A stretch of DNA of 64,000 nucleotides from a virus. Lineage: Duplodnaviria; Caudoviricetes. Positions 21,001 to 25,348 of this stretch are shown in pieces; the first letter of the stretch is position 1, and every line of letters begins with the position of its first letter. The stretch spans positions 32,001 to 96,000 of IMG/VR virus record IMGVR_UViG_2851870198_000001; one strand, written 5' to 3'. Position numbers and translations under genes: made by a program. Under the pieces are notes generated by a model. The model had not been told where the DNA came from. It worked only from the letters and a program-made list of their open reading frames with translations, and did not search any database.

Positions 21001-21320
21001 CCGTAGCGCCGCTCGTCCTCGTCGCGGACCTTGCGCTTGCTCTTGGTCGGCGCCGAGCCGTCGGGGCGCGCGACCATGGTGAGCCGGGAGGCGTGGATGG
21101 TGGACCGCTTGCGCGTGGCCACGTTCTCCACCAGCACGTTCCGGCCGCCGAGGGAGCGCAGGACACGCGCCATGCCGCCGCCCCAGAGCCGCGCGATGCC
21201 GCCGGTCTCGATGAACCGGCCCTTGCTGTCGCGGGGGTGCAGGTCCGGGTTCCAGGGGCGGCGCAGCCTCTTGGTTTCGAGGCTGGCGATGATGAGGTCT
21301 GCGGCGCTCGTGATCGGCAT
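1..21320 (-). CDS. Giant DarB-like polyvalent protein (>=7,106 aa, 3' end outside window): N6-MTase + SNF2 helicase + UvrD helicase + repeats
   Basis: One continuous minus frame, from ATG 21320 (alternative ATG 21332) off the window edge. The antisense ORFs 261-3956, 4392-6431 and 6456-21635 are all in its codon register. Motifs: WNPDLHPRDSKGRF (~21230), LEPGSGIG (~17270), NVPF (~17085), HEVGAGKT (~15075), DEAH (~14565), QRNGRVIRQGN (~13460), ALAGTGKS (~10370), WDEAQD (~9785), VGDSNQAIYGFRGA, TAHKSKGLE, AYVALTRA (~8700). Confidence 0.92.
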   Translation of the reverse strand, partial: MPITSAADLIIASLETKRLRRPWNPDLHPRDSKGRFIETGGIARLWGGGMARVLRSLGGRNVLVENVATRKRSTIHASRLTMVARPDGSAPTKSKRKVRDEDERRYGDQNRGLGYGEHAPDKDDDPDTDEHPATDPGDNGQTPDDPHDQDDEGNPIGDDVDGVDLGADPDDPEDDDDEPMVPQGRVMSRPDDSDEDPGRSAQDRGNHPLRDFPDLLPITTDNGGAGPESRRRRHVMGNGDALRADGPEVNKHYLQFWDSNHARRALRDLSNDYFEDLENAWPGEWGNSEADDVYNELADYLGGGEPFDLADSPTDQADPTEFDRLSWFADDAERLAELAEQDGKEDVTRYAQNLADALNLAYRRFQAHGKKPIPKPSKKRRKDQPLVPRAWRSDGTASTSYRMKPESTSGQPAAATPKARNKGGKRFANLNTLQQHWQTGNLEPATSDKAAQQRHQKETAGLFAKLDKPQLSRRGTFVVAKMTVEKGGKPKTGYAVIVSGSGARLAMSERKGEAMEFANRLEVAQIDGTPFDWDSPGYHQRLESPEGQKMVRQAGEDAKKAFAEKAAKKKQGAAEKRTPATPTAPAAPAAAPAERPNPLVQAAQQLAQTTGVPAANIGVGHVGPSSNDDNGDGFKKPSTTGQLRDYWKNGGDPALDDRTRDRLRAYAGREGWKITMSDHRGFAVIQMGPSDFEVVRAYDGRSLGYAGGAGGQFKTLDDADRFAMRLGAELEEPGRPGQPIDWWDPELYKRHPSRISGWKRDFGLLMDDIRGQYEIDAGREDTYWAQEYRKRQAERDTQQQSGNAPAQGAAPAPAAPEERPQQQTPQAQPERRDWSTVPREDLDAAYDAAVRAAVKTDDAAESDRHEVEGGKIIEEAERRDAETYSAQLSRVALGSVNDWGHIPVTIDGDSSDNATLQGGRGMWKWNRLGHGTRYSSERTFLSREAAIAGLVHERDEEKAQAAREEADRAARAEERDLAKMAAETALQQQINEALQEAQNTLLPVINDLGRLHGDEAARELAYGSAEAAERFERGESTPSEAIEEFQRALDAIQRATRGLEGRDNMYVQKLMRLARDNVSAARKALADHNERNSGVRGSRPDVLENVPAQRGGGDGQQRGAGGVRPAAVGGDSRGNRGADGRVGAAPSGGDGRGGAGARAEVGADAGSRAGAARDGVRRGEGAGDGDEGHAAGGVAASVGDDDTGPAAPTPSSTAAKWLQRVRNGAVPAFEPPADGATLAPSSPLNRAKANIAAIEILHRLQDEDRPPTADEQAELARYSGWGAVPQIFKPRPDAQFAPLAERLRELLTDAEWEDARSNTLNAHYTDPQIVQQVWAAVRDLGFENGEVLEPGSGIGNFIGYAPDGAQMTGVEVDPITARIAGALYPHSEIRHESFGETRAPNGTFDMAIGNVPFGRYKVPDLVHNKGGHSIHNHFILKSLDLTRGGGLVAVVTSALTMDGHGGKAEAARMEMAEKAELVGAIRLPSGAHQRTAGTSVMTDLLIFRRRDKDKAFNSGRNRKGEIKRPSERGKDDPPMWVHSLPRFGLPGQADPETEGAQPVFYNSYFHDHPEQVLGKLAVGHGLHRDNELRVDGDGDTIANLARTLKRTVAAAKDAGLGYQAAPADRKKVTLLPPGSDRVDGHVQAEPDGTFTQVRDGMVHPFPVPKTQADEGRRLLAIRDTFQSLLAEESRKDADDSLIERLRAELNEQYQAYFDKYGAINRYTWAERTATDPETGETVKKKYRKKAQRAGLFTKDPTMANISPLDEYDDITKKTTRAAIFTKRQGTYREIAEFADSPQDALAIVMEREGQLTADGLARVMDTDAEDAVAQLLAARSVDPDTGVEYPLAFQAPDGKLVMAADYLSGNVREKLTAAREAAAENPAFDINVEHLERVIPPDLSTGEIAAPMGASWLGHEPVQQFLRETLGTDQIKVSWQGGSLWAVDAPDSVKKAVAFRTRDTWSAPGYDAIKLAEAILTNRKIVVTVKTRDGSIFDPKATEDAKTKAELLKEAFTDWLWADPDRAEKYKRLYNDQFNSMAPRSYDGQRRTIPGLVEWFKPHPHQHAAVARMVNEPSVLLAHEVGAGKTAEMAMGVMELRRLGLVKKAALVVPGHMLDQFRQEFAEIFPESVANNRILTASSDDLAGKGRREFIARAAAGDYDAIIMTQTAFESIQMRPEVQETYIRRRLERLEAKIEAQKAIDGEDNDTRLVKRMETQLKTLREKLDKKLSGMKDAAGLHFEDMGIDYVVVDEAHMYKNLDTPSSIAAIDGSNRASDLEMKLEWLRERSTTGRVVTFATATPVANSIAEVHTMMRYLRPDLLEQLGLMDFDDFASTFGQMVSAVERGADGSYTEKVRLAAFQNVPELLRMWRAFADVKTSEDLDLPVPDIAGGKAVTITMPMSEAQEAYEEEIKARAARLAGGRVDPKEDNHLKLLGDGRMAALDPRLIDPEMGGGNKLPTVADNIVRIHEQTKDAEYPTSKTDPTPHPEKGGLQIVFLDLGTPKDPGKTKKRKKKAGDGEDAADPTGEDGEGYTDFSTYDELKQLLIARGIPSEKIRFIHEAKDDAAKARLFHEARTGKVSVLLGSTAKMGTGTNVQLRATALHHVDAPWRPADVEQRNGRVIRQGNANAEVAIFQYATERSTDAKFWEAIARKARFIRQLMRGSLNERVVEDIGEVKFDADEASALVAGDPHLIAQAQLRPIVKRLRSRYNAHQRSQEGFQRAIRDAELAEEQTTKLVATLQDAIAKRKPTRGEDFNARIGRTDFAGTEGREEARKALSAALRAVEADGRRRAYDPDEPPKIIGQVGGLDIAAKFSRAWNSYASRYDNGVRLELPAVPGSARTYEAHQLVDVDGKPPRIPLQRVEDSIANLEAQVRRQEDMLSDKRRAAEQASVRVGKPFELAEEFEKANRQLEILNEVMRLKAQPQSTEAAAAQQKASIDALDAEMRALVGEEEEDVLAQVSARDLDLTPKTPAPPSITQDDKGQVRFIWPTTEARDAERDKKLAAKRAEFEARFQQRQTNAPSQPDALTMNESELTSEVERLGGLIAREEASEADILRHAGLQREQKRRTRRKARKQGQNPAGDVGTASTAEPTAEDTSTDAPETATDSDTRPSEPPQTEAPEAPEAPETDESTAPQEPEDDESEASEAPETQTDESAAPEQPAQAPEREASSTGESADNSQAAQPQPEETPAAAQPSPARERAPRNRERQQPAVRPFANDREWRQALAGVEAAQGEITRAVEAAYGRGEEPGSARALRTAVFDAIAAQEAGDFDDATGGLAEAHEHAQRLRDELPSDVDAEPLARFMRVVDDYLARHAVTVEKRRREDEQRDRAEQQADAALRESLGLSPAPAPAPEADASQTSQPSEPDTRPAAAPSAGRAWEGGDFQPGDTVHFWNRSAFNAEQRGEFLRSAGPDSAILRGRNGDEREVEYIDVVGRTRDGEFQDDPPATSAGNEERPVAAPDPQPAPAAPSPVPERAERPRSAPSDSRPVAGTSPADMTDEEIADEVDDLHDRIEALRDATDSVDLAYRFRLEKRKFELEDAERRRWKPTPEYDDDGKVKERDRGDVIRDRLSGYGLNDAEAVGLVERVEDLPAAKEHGYSDEEWARISAEASARESYPPTEEQNIIIEGAARRGLNMAVMALAGTGKSSTLKMLSHRMPGKKIVYLAFNRSVAAEAREAQARGEYAKNLTASTANAYAAKVADKRLNNRLPSNRRNGFKKLSAQQIADRMRWYDTVKAGNRDLSPGGAATVAERMIREWAKSADAEMLPKHITGAKSAQERRDLFNAVKPLADRMWDNLTDPTRGDPDEDLTMDFDYIVKMWALGGYKLDADTLFWDEAQDVNPVMEGVVRGALAQGVQVVAVGDSNQAIYGFRGAADALGKLPVDARATLTQSFRFGPAVADAGNRFLRLLGTRMRLKGFDRKQSRLDTIKPGDETMVIARTNAGVALAAVEALSAGRRVAVSGGVKDLQEFVQAARALANGERTDHAELARFNGMAFDDILEAVKGDPDLQQLKSLFDLLEKHADDIDKLLESGAQRAETENVGGRVWVNLDWNDPKVDQLKRWLGDGKNNGVGKLLYDPATRRYFYEPGKRDVPWKNERSGRSGVHKVDNKLSLEEAQQKIDAHLAKLYPQEDSEGGRLVDEKREHDVLVTTAHKSKGLESERVRIADDFRGPEYNEHGNIKWETIPDDEALRVAYVALTRATDVLDAGSLGWVFQATREDDPTLPPNGDYRRDWVLDEFNVGDRIDFQEEDGTPNVGTVDRIDAPGMYVRYEVDGQDREQWIGPAQVLRLNGQGRPQLPVASDEELDRALAEGRYEPVSTTPAPSADTAPDPAPSPSADAPETAAGRQWGVDDWVVTPNGEGRVIVSDGDKVIVLDGGGAPRTYEPRQLSMPGEARTAEHDAPTAKEAARQEKRQRDSEAAQSPEGLQLFYGSRLANLNLDEGHGQVLDEDGNVVGWVRRRGSVWLGQDARGGTAQGSTAESASDPLHGPREAAQQIDGGLGDSHMRLPLQDTSWRHLRPEEGRDEIQYSEFSDAQREQFFKLIKGWEKSSDSELSQAAQGWSRGLNYQQMERIAAAFTAAADDVDTSTPEGRREQAVLNRAADKVRAQARRAWLNWQTMPPPGEPDVVGNYDNPEWVPYGHRGDAGRSGAPAPTAAGDGADAPAAASRYGGDMVPASEIREGDWVSVDQDDIFGRGPGRIVGKVTGVRVYDGRVTFDVSAKRPKSEKGTFGEHAIVGLGDLVERLPEGNPGREDTSDLARRLEEHEGEQRARRKRVPEGWTAVEDPMSIEMRPGDRFRVRDLLEHGTRGRQMYKEVVVRGSEPVRFDSDGIALWGDELNPSVLFRQHNIVAVPEDRVARSGGQNAPAVPSAAAEGTRERAGEFDGKPLELGEPTVVPHSSLPDRADMSETRRAVYLDGERIGSLQTSGGPASRGWVGAHHDVHGSLGWFQPSDGEVTGTATAVSNPAEAAALAVAEANDSPMLGFPGDTTGRADGIKRWAGVWAEPQPAGVRNAYLDRVLAHHSPDWLGSVDPERVRLWLRTAVAVDPLAQYDENTRRNLAEAPPEARQYLAGLAADLRSSVQQTGEELRLDLRRVLVDHIATEKGREKARELAGEMFKDRTGKIRTAVREQIARARAGAAEHGLSEQQAEDFIVNVVGGDNPDQVALGVRGAYPEAMRPLHAAKSDADAYWSAFAGWARREDSGRWHGQYWDNGRRTTLGAPPAPFADAQAGSGVVKVGEAELPKGMRWARGSDLRQGDIFHAAQSRQPGDDTFNGLEPPSYVIHTHRGGREGDVRSVTLDSDHGQTHVKPDQWVVIVEDPEPAVRKKARSRARTDTFTQWEVPVDDETYELGGPDRVSALAARAELTPIAKDKFDREAEWTVSVDGVEIGRIENDREKVLLYHSETSDGQRRTWHGQELAKAGLVAAHDAATGRGEQDDDRPAQTDERDRRDGRREDNDDQRAPKREREGREGGSGGGGEPPNGGDAPQRPGDDDSGQDSGRQGDGDQEGREDDDRRRRRNRSGNDRPRPEGAGGGPDLPRPRVPHMPDIDSDAPDDGPDGGASRSGDGSGQDNDAGRTLDRAAAARRFGSADRMRDLARQAVAVDDLGPAGSYDEVWMGGRLIGHAIHTTGGSWAPYSKFTRDPHPDFQEREGAVAELVRLAQEHGELPVDRLAPSTPFIGSVVSMPKEAPGRLDLTPEESERWRALSGLLEDLRAGRPASGNVADDISQAIDELDWVTGRYKPNRDEFWKPGADAANLRNLLNTIRPDNPRASHHQISKARAAWKALQALEESGSAGTATPIRDLRPGDVVRVMGKRPSWDINDTEYSGYLRGTPKRVTRTRDGQKERVWQLRLGSTPWDDNPDAQRVTPRHEMTVQVPADGTGSLLARADDVDMPTEDYVARSRATANAPDGTSTGGRTDGVGAGPAAPQGDIPRVPSTDEMREQYATGEKEIISAEGERVLFGSPERMRELAEEGTAPTPALQADQGEQVWRNGRFIGRLFAPHRFVNADNPEEVWWSQEPWDSRGINFSTREAAIANLVLRDKERGEPDLSVVPERLARGIALYDNGLAFNPDDEFRGYPSLEDNADDMRRYRGLRAHLAQLGRGESPSGNVADDLAHAHDELLWLDSTHYKEPESEQGKGHMVGPGSLARMLGDALNSLRPEDPRATHHQHRQDRAAKQFLDQLKADGGESRAVSVPVGELQPGDIVRLSGRITGLYPGATGDQIGYVVGKPARATITQNGKRTNARRIALSPSPRSQYGVGGSTFLIPADENVRRLMAAGDVRLPLDEHTYGRQLGETSRLDHPNGLDRAPGSSSAPDAGSPEPGQRDARAGGSATSQDREAPSGQAPARSEDTPVTGGAAAPSQGGAASRSGDAPARGTDASPTAAGSRSTGSGPQSGERTGTGTGGAPASRPQQSEAPAADTGTDEPPAPPEPVGGRPAEWVRVSDLGMGDLVRVDGTTKRGTTRTLAGYVVDGPREIQTTQGRKMQDKHRILISDTPDGAGSPVWVSPDAAAARATRDGDDTTVTEGSPRTGADSDVLTGRISGRVATDASGNGLFPGSLVTDSRGNDGVVVGANAATVQVRFGDDRTDDVQAPSSLNVTDGGAARPAGWTPDGHRVDVGHVVGDRDGNMLGTVEEVDGDTATVATPDGMTPMPVTGLRVLGGTADSSDQQPKVARVERVTAGDLREGDVMVRDGHPTKITGIERDEETTLIGSDDPDTGETDWQAVPNGTPVDRALDAQGGAPDLAPEDTPKPAEPITSHEPKPHVEPVTGPTVDPQLSPEERDAATDRSASATSDPDAEQAAARIGQDLPVTPQQASALADDLREGADPATPEGRAAKRAADHLDRAASPSGEAAGTTSDTAPEDVVIGGKRRAPNPLNPQINYIDGISREAWEQAKATYARSQTTNLGTPDWMFESMLKGIYGLKPDAIRDVLAHLKNGTEPAEFSRRAGTPDAGVSEGRPEPGTVGSVGEGDIIALPSEDNPDEMAAYRVVHIQEAAGGMRVLTVEDGDGIRSKRTLASGDALYQLPEPDVEPQAPTPTPAAGTDGSRNPNPAPNWDTVQNDYADAVARAVVDSAIEG
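17726..18040 (-). CDS. TnpV-like small helical protein nested out of frame inside the giant gene
   Basis: GAGAGGAA RBS just before GTG. Normal protein composition, with a TnpV-like pattern (FWKTYRP...RARERVLHEMVY). The host frame is G/R/A low-complexity over this span. Confidence 0.8.
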   Translation of the reverse strand: MYEDLVRTFWKTYRPSEVAAMASNAELEEFARQRSEEILEEIEALTDEWAPPLREGTDVVERAHELKSVRMRARERVLHEMVYGVEKEPGTEMKDMPPVALPPL

Positions 21321-21357
21321 GCGGCGGAACATGCATGCCGGGAGTGGTTAACGTCGC
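21321..21357 (-). promoter_or_regulatory. Class A (late-type) promoter of giant gene
   Basis: GCGAC-N19-CATGTT-ccgccgc-ATG. Confidence 0.65.
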
Positions 21358-21394
21358 GGCCTCGGATTTCCGGCGGTGAGGGACTGGGGCCGGG

Positions 21395-21613
21395 CTACAT
21401 GGTTTCGGTGAGTATGTGGATCAGGAACCACACGGAGAAGCCGCTCCAGCCGACGGTGAAGAGGGCTCTGCCCGCTTTCGAGGTGCGGATCCGGAACAGG
21501 GTGCGGACGTTCTCCGACAGGGTGTCGCCGTCCTTGCGGTTCATCAGCGCCCACGTCTCAGCGAGCGCGAAGAGGGAGGTCCATCCGGCCCAGATAAGCC
21601 AGCTGTTGGTCAT
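21395..21613 (-). CDS. Small 2-TM membrane protein (72 aa)
   Basis: AGGAG RBS, ATG 21613, two hydrophobic Trp-rich segments. Confidence 0.7.
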   Translation of the reverse strand: MTNSWLIWAGWTSLFALAETWALMNRKDGDTLSENVRTLFRIRTSKAGRALFTVGWSGFSVWFLIHILTETM

Positions 21614-21656
21614 GGCCGTGCTCCTGACTGCGTGAAGGGGAAGGGGGCGGGGTGCG

Positions 21657-24125
21657 TCACTGGTCACCGCCCTGCTCGCGGGTGCGGTAGCGCAGCCGGC
21701 AGCGGCAGTTGATGGTGAGGTGGATGGGGGCGAGCTGATCGCCGGGGAACCGCATCGGGTAGCCGTCGACCTGGTACGGCTCGGCGACGGGCAGGGTGGT
21801 GCCGTCCACGGCTTCGTGGGCGGGCCGTACGCGGTCGTCGCGGCGGGTGACCCAGGTGCGGATGATGCCCGGGCCGATCGCCGCGGCGGTGGCCTCCGCG
21901 GAGCCGTTGACGGTGGCGACGGCCGCTGTCTCCGCGGCGTCGGTGATCTTCGTGGCGGCCATGTCGCGGAACGCGGTCCGCGCGAGCGCGACCAGGTCGT
22001 CAATGTCCTCGGTGACGTCCTGCCCTTGTGTGAGCAGGGTGGTGATCGTGTCGAGGAAGGCGCGGGCGATGTTCTCGGCGGCCGCCACGGCGTCCAGGAC
22101 CGCGGCCGTGATGCGGGGCGATGCCTCCGCCGGCAGGGGCACGCCGAAGGCGTCCGCGGTGCGCTGGGCGGTGGTGGCCGCGATCCGGGTGAGGGACCGG
22201 GCGAGCGCGCTGGTGACTTCCTCCAGCCACCGGTCGGTGCCGACGATGCGGTCGACGTCCAGCGGAGTGGTGCCGCCGCGGCTGTCCTGGGGGCTCTGCG
22301 GCCGCCAGAACCGGGTGCCCTTGCGGGCCTTGGGGGAGCGCAGGCGGGCGGTGATGACGCCCTCCTGCCGGTCGAACAGGGACTCCAGCGCCAGGGCTAC
22401 GGCGTCGCGGGCGCGGTCGAAGTCGGTGTCGGTGACCTCGAACTCCGGCCCGACGTGCGGGCTCTGGTGGGGGAGTGCCTTGGTCTGCAGGGTGCGGGCG
22501 TCCTCGACGGCGGCCGCGGCCGCGCCCGGCTCCGTCTCGGGCATCTCGCGGGCGTCGGCGACGGCGGCGGCCGCTTCACCCGGCGCCGAGGGGACGGCGT
22601 CCGCGCGGGCCTCGGCGACCGCGCCGGCCGCCGCGCCCCGTTCGGCGCCCATGGCGTCGGCAGGCGCTTCGCCGCCCTCGGCGCGGGCCTGCGCGACCGC
22701 TTCCGCCGCGGCGCCCTCCCCGGGTCCGGCCCCGGGGTCGAGCGGCGCGTTCGGATCGCCGCCGGCCCCGGGCATGGGACCGCCCATGCCCATGCCCATG
22801 CCGCCTTGGTCGCCCTGGATGCCGAGCGCGGCCGCGTCCTGCGGGCGCAGCGGAACGGGCGCCTTCTGCGGGGAGATCCACAGGGCGCGGGAGTGCGCGT
22901 TGTTGTAGGCGGGCAGGCCCGCGCGGCGCCGGTACTCGTCAATGGAGATCAGGCCCGCCTCGAACTCCTCGCGGGCCTCCTGGCGGCGCTTGCGGCGCGG
23001 CAGCTCCAGGGCCTGCACGGTGGACGTGTCGTAGCGGATGGACAGGTCGGCGCCGCCGAGGTCACCGGCGAACGCGTCAGCGATCAGCGACAGGTGGCCG
23101 AGCTCGGTGTGAATCCAGAACCCGTACTCTTCCTGCTCCGCGTTGTCGAAGGTGCGCCCGGAGGCGTTGCCGGTGACCGACTCGGGAACACCGAACGCGC
23201 CGAGAATCTCGATCTTCGCGTTCTGCGCGGCGTGCTCGTAGGCCATCTCACGCGGGCGGGTGGCGAGGTCGACGTACGTCATGCCGCCCTGCCCGGCGCC
23301 GACGACGGACACGTGCCCGGCGTACTCGGAGCCGGGCAGGAACCGTGCCTCCAGCCGGTCCATGTCCGCGTCGGTGAGCGAGCTGGTGTCGACGGCCACG
23401 ATCCCGCCCGGGCGCGCGTCGTTCTTGATGAACGCCACGTTGTACATGCGCGACAGGTGGTCGAGCTCGATGCTGATGCCGGCCGCTTCCAGCGGGGTCT
23501 GCCCGGAGAACGGATCGGTCGGGTGCGGCTCACGGATCCAGCGCACGCGTTCGGGTTCGAGCTCACGGACGTGCCCGTACAGGGTCGTGAACTCGAAGTG
23601 CTTGATGTACTCGCCCTTGTCGTCCGGCACGGGGATGACCCGGTCCGGGGGCAGCAGGTCGAGGCGGGTGATGGTGCCGCGGTTGGAGCGCGTGACCTCC
23701 AAGAACGCGCCGCGCTTGGACAGCAGGATCTGCGCGGACAGCCGCCGCCGAAGCTGCGCGCCGGACTCCAGCGGGTTCGCCTTCGGGCCGTTCAGCAGCC
23801 GCAGCAGCGGATGGTCGTCTATGACCTCCTCGAACTCGCCGTCTTCGGTGAGGCCGCGCCCGATCTGCAGGGGGAGCCGGGCGGCGTGCTTGCCCATGGT
23901 GTCGATGGCCTTGTAGACCCAGATGACACGCTCGTATCCCTCGGTGACGACACGGCCGATGTCCCAGCCGTCCGCGCGGCCTTCGGTGCCCCAGATGTTG
24001 GTGGTACCGGCGTAGGCGGTGGACGTGTACCCGCCCGTCCACGTGATCGTTTTCGACTCGTCCGGTTGGGGGCCCGGCGTCTGCAGCATGTTGCGCAGCG
24101 CGGGGAACCAGCGGCGTCGCGCCAT
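21657..24125 (-). CDS. Phage portal protein fused to C-terminal MuF/SPP1 gp7-like head morphogenesis domain
   Basis: HK97-like portal motifs (HPLLRLLN..PKANP, LDLLPPDRV, GQTPLEAA, FIKNDARPGG, ILGAFGVP). C-terminal WVTRRDDRVRPAH...FPGD...NCRC. Confidence 0.9.
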   Translation of the reverse strand: MARRRWFPALRNMLQTPGPQPDESKTITWTGGYTSTAYAGTTNIWGTEGRADGWDIGRVVTEGYERVIWVYKAIDTMGKHAARLPLQIGRGLTEDGEFEEVIDDHPLLRLLNGPKANPLESGAQLRRRLSAQILLSKRGAFLEVTRSNRGTITRLDLLPPDRVIPVPDDKGEYIKHFEFTTLYGHVRELEPERVRWIREPHPTDPFSGQTPLEAAGISIELDHLSRMYNVAFIKNDARPGGIVAVDTSSLTDADMDRLEARFLPGSEYAGHVSVVGAGQGGMTYVDLATRPREMAYEHAAQNAKIEILGAFGVPESVTGNASGRTFDNAEQEEYGFWIHTELGHLSLIADAFAGDLGGADLSIRYDTSTVQALELPRRKRRQEAREEFEAGLISIDEYRRRAGLPAYNNAHSRALWISPQKAPVPLRPQDAAALGIQGDQGGMGMGMGGPMPGAGGDPNAPLDPGAGPGEGAAAEAVAQARAEGGEAPADAMGAERGAAAGAVAEARADAVPSAPGEAAAAVADAREMPETEPGAAAAAVEDARTLQTKALPHQSPHVGPEFEVTDTDFDRARDAVALALESLFDRQEGVITARLRSPKARKGTRFWRPQSPQDSRGGTTPLDVDRIVGTDRWLEEVTSALARSLTRIAATTAQRTADAFGVPLPAEASPRITAAVLDAVAAAENIARAFLDTITTLLTQGQDVTEDIDDLVALARTAFRDMAATKITDAAETAAVATVNGSAEATAAAIGPGIIRTWVTRRDDRVRPAHEAVDGTTLPVAEPYQVDGYPMRFPGDQLAPIHLTINCRCRLRYRTREQGGDQ

Positions 24126-24126
24126 G

Positions 24127-24483
24127 TCACTCCTCCCCGCCGCTCAGCCACATGGCGACGGCCAGCAGGGAGCCGAACAGCACCGCCCAGGGGGTGATCC
24201 AGTACGCGCCCACGGTGGTCAGAGTCAGACCGAGCGTCAGCGTCACGTGCCCGGCGGCCCGGGAGCGGGGGGTGGCCGGCTCGTCGCGGAGGATGCTGCC
24301 GCCCGCGGTCGCGGTGACCAGGCCGATCAGGAGCAGCGCGACGGGCGGGAACGCTAGGTAGAGGGCTCCCAGCAGGCCGACCGTTCCGGCGGCGAACAGG
24401 AGCAGGCCTGTCACGTCGCGGGCGAGGCGTCGCCACGGCGCCGGATGGCTTGGGGGCGGTGGTGACTGCGTTGGAGGATTCAC
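24127..24483 (-). CDS. Membrane protein (about 4 TM)
   Basis: Hydrophobic ORF that abuts the portal gene and has a class A promoter. Confidence 0.7.
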   Translation of the reverse strand: MNPPTQSPPPPSHPAPWRRLARDVTGLLLFAAGTVGLLGALYLAFPPVALLLIGLVTATAGGSILRDEPATPRSRAAGHVTLTLGLTLTTVGAYWITPWAVLFGSLLAVAMWLSGGEE

Positions 24484-24520
24484 GCGGCGGACCGTAGGAA
24501 GGCCCGCGGGTTTGCGTCGC
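24484..24520 (-). promoter_or_regulatory. Class A promoter of portal operon
   Basis: GCGAC-N19-TACGGT-ccgccgc-GTG. Confidence 0.65.
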
Positions 24521-24540
24521 GGGCTACCCGGCGGCCGCGA

Positions 24541-24744
24541 TCACCAGGGCAGCCAGTCGCCCGAACCGCTCCCGGGGCTGCCGGGGCGGGACTCACCGGC
24601 GATGACGATGCAGGCGATGCCGAGCCAGGTGGCGACGGCCACGAGGATGCCGACCGTGGTGGCGACCTGGTCGTCACCGGTGTGTGCGTAGGTGAGGCAG
24701 CCGGACAGGCCGCCGAGGAGCAGGCCGAGGAGGAAGACGCGCAC
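24541..24744 (-). CDS. Small 2-TM membrane protein
   Basis: Hydrophobic C-terminal part of ORF 24541-24984. GTG 24744 follows an AGGA. Confidence 0.55.
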   Translation of the reverse strand: MRVFLLGLLLGGLSGCLTYAHTGDDQVATTVGILVAVATWLGIACIVIAGESRPGSPGSGSGDWLPW

Positions 24745-24754
24745 GGCGGGGGTC

Positions 24755-25198
24755 CTATCGGGCGGGGCGGGAGACGCCCGCGACGTAGGCGCTGATGCCG
24801 CGCCGCTGAATGTGGCCGCCGGGCACGAGCTTGGCGTTCGGCGGCGGGGTGGGGATCTTCCGCTTGGCGCGCACCGTCTGGTCGCCGCCGATGAGGTGCC
24901 GGTTGTCGACCAGGGCCTCGCAGTCGCGTCCGGCGACGTCCTCGTAGGGGCGGCGGCAGGCCCGGCAGTACACCTCAAGCGCATCGACGCGGATACCGCC
25001 CGCGGCAGTGAAGGAGCCGCGGAAGTCGGCTTGCTTCGCGACCCGGTCCTCGACCTTGATCTCCGCGGCGACGATCCACACGTGGGCGAGGGAATCGGTG
25101 GGCGCGGGGGCGGGAGGGGGCGGCGGGCTGTCGATCTGCTCGAAGAGATCAGCGAAGGGGGCGATCTCCAGTTGGTCCCGCACTACCGCTGTCGTCAC
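24755..25198 (-). CDS. Hypothetical protein with CxxC motif
   Basis: GGAGG RBS; YCRACRRPY. Confidence 0.7.
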   Translation of the reverse strand: MTTAVVRDQLEIAPFADLFEQIDSPPPPPAPAPTDSLAHVWIVAAEIKVEDRVAKQADFRGSFTAAGGIRVDALEVYCRACRRPYEDVAGRDCEALVDNRHLIGGDQTVRAKRKIPTPPPNAKLVPGGHIQRRGISAYVAGVSRPAR

Positions 25199-25253
25199 GT
25201 GGAAGTCCTCCGGTATCTCAGTGGCCCCCCAGCGTCAACGTCTCGCTGTCGTA

Positions 25254-25282
25254 TGGACGGAGTGACCGCCCGTGGCGTTACA
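25254..25282 (-). promoter_or_regulatory. Class B (ECF-sigma-type) promoter
   Basis: TGTAAC-N17-CGTCCA. Confidence 0.55.
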
Positions 25283-25302
25283 CCTGGGCATGAGGAGGAA
25301 CG

Positions 25303-25332
25303 CAGGAACCCCCGCCGTGGCGGGGGTTCCTG
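25303..25332 (-). terminator. Intrinsic terminator-like hairpin
   Basis: CAGGAACCCCCGCC/GGCGGGGGTTCCTG inverted repeat directly after the NUDIX stop. Confidence 0.65.
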
Positions 25333-25348
25333 GGCCAGGGAGGGACTT

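Noticed and set aside
6456-21635. 5059-aa plus-strand ORF (also 261-3956 and 4392-6431)
   Set aside because: Antisense shadow in codon register with the giant minus-strand gene; V/L/R/G-rich and without motifs
21720-24197. 825-aa plus-strand ORF
   Set aside because: Antisense shadow of the portal gene
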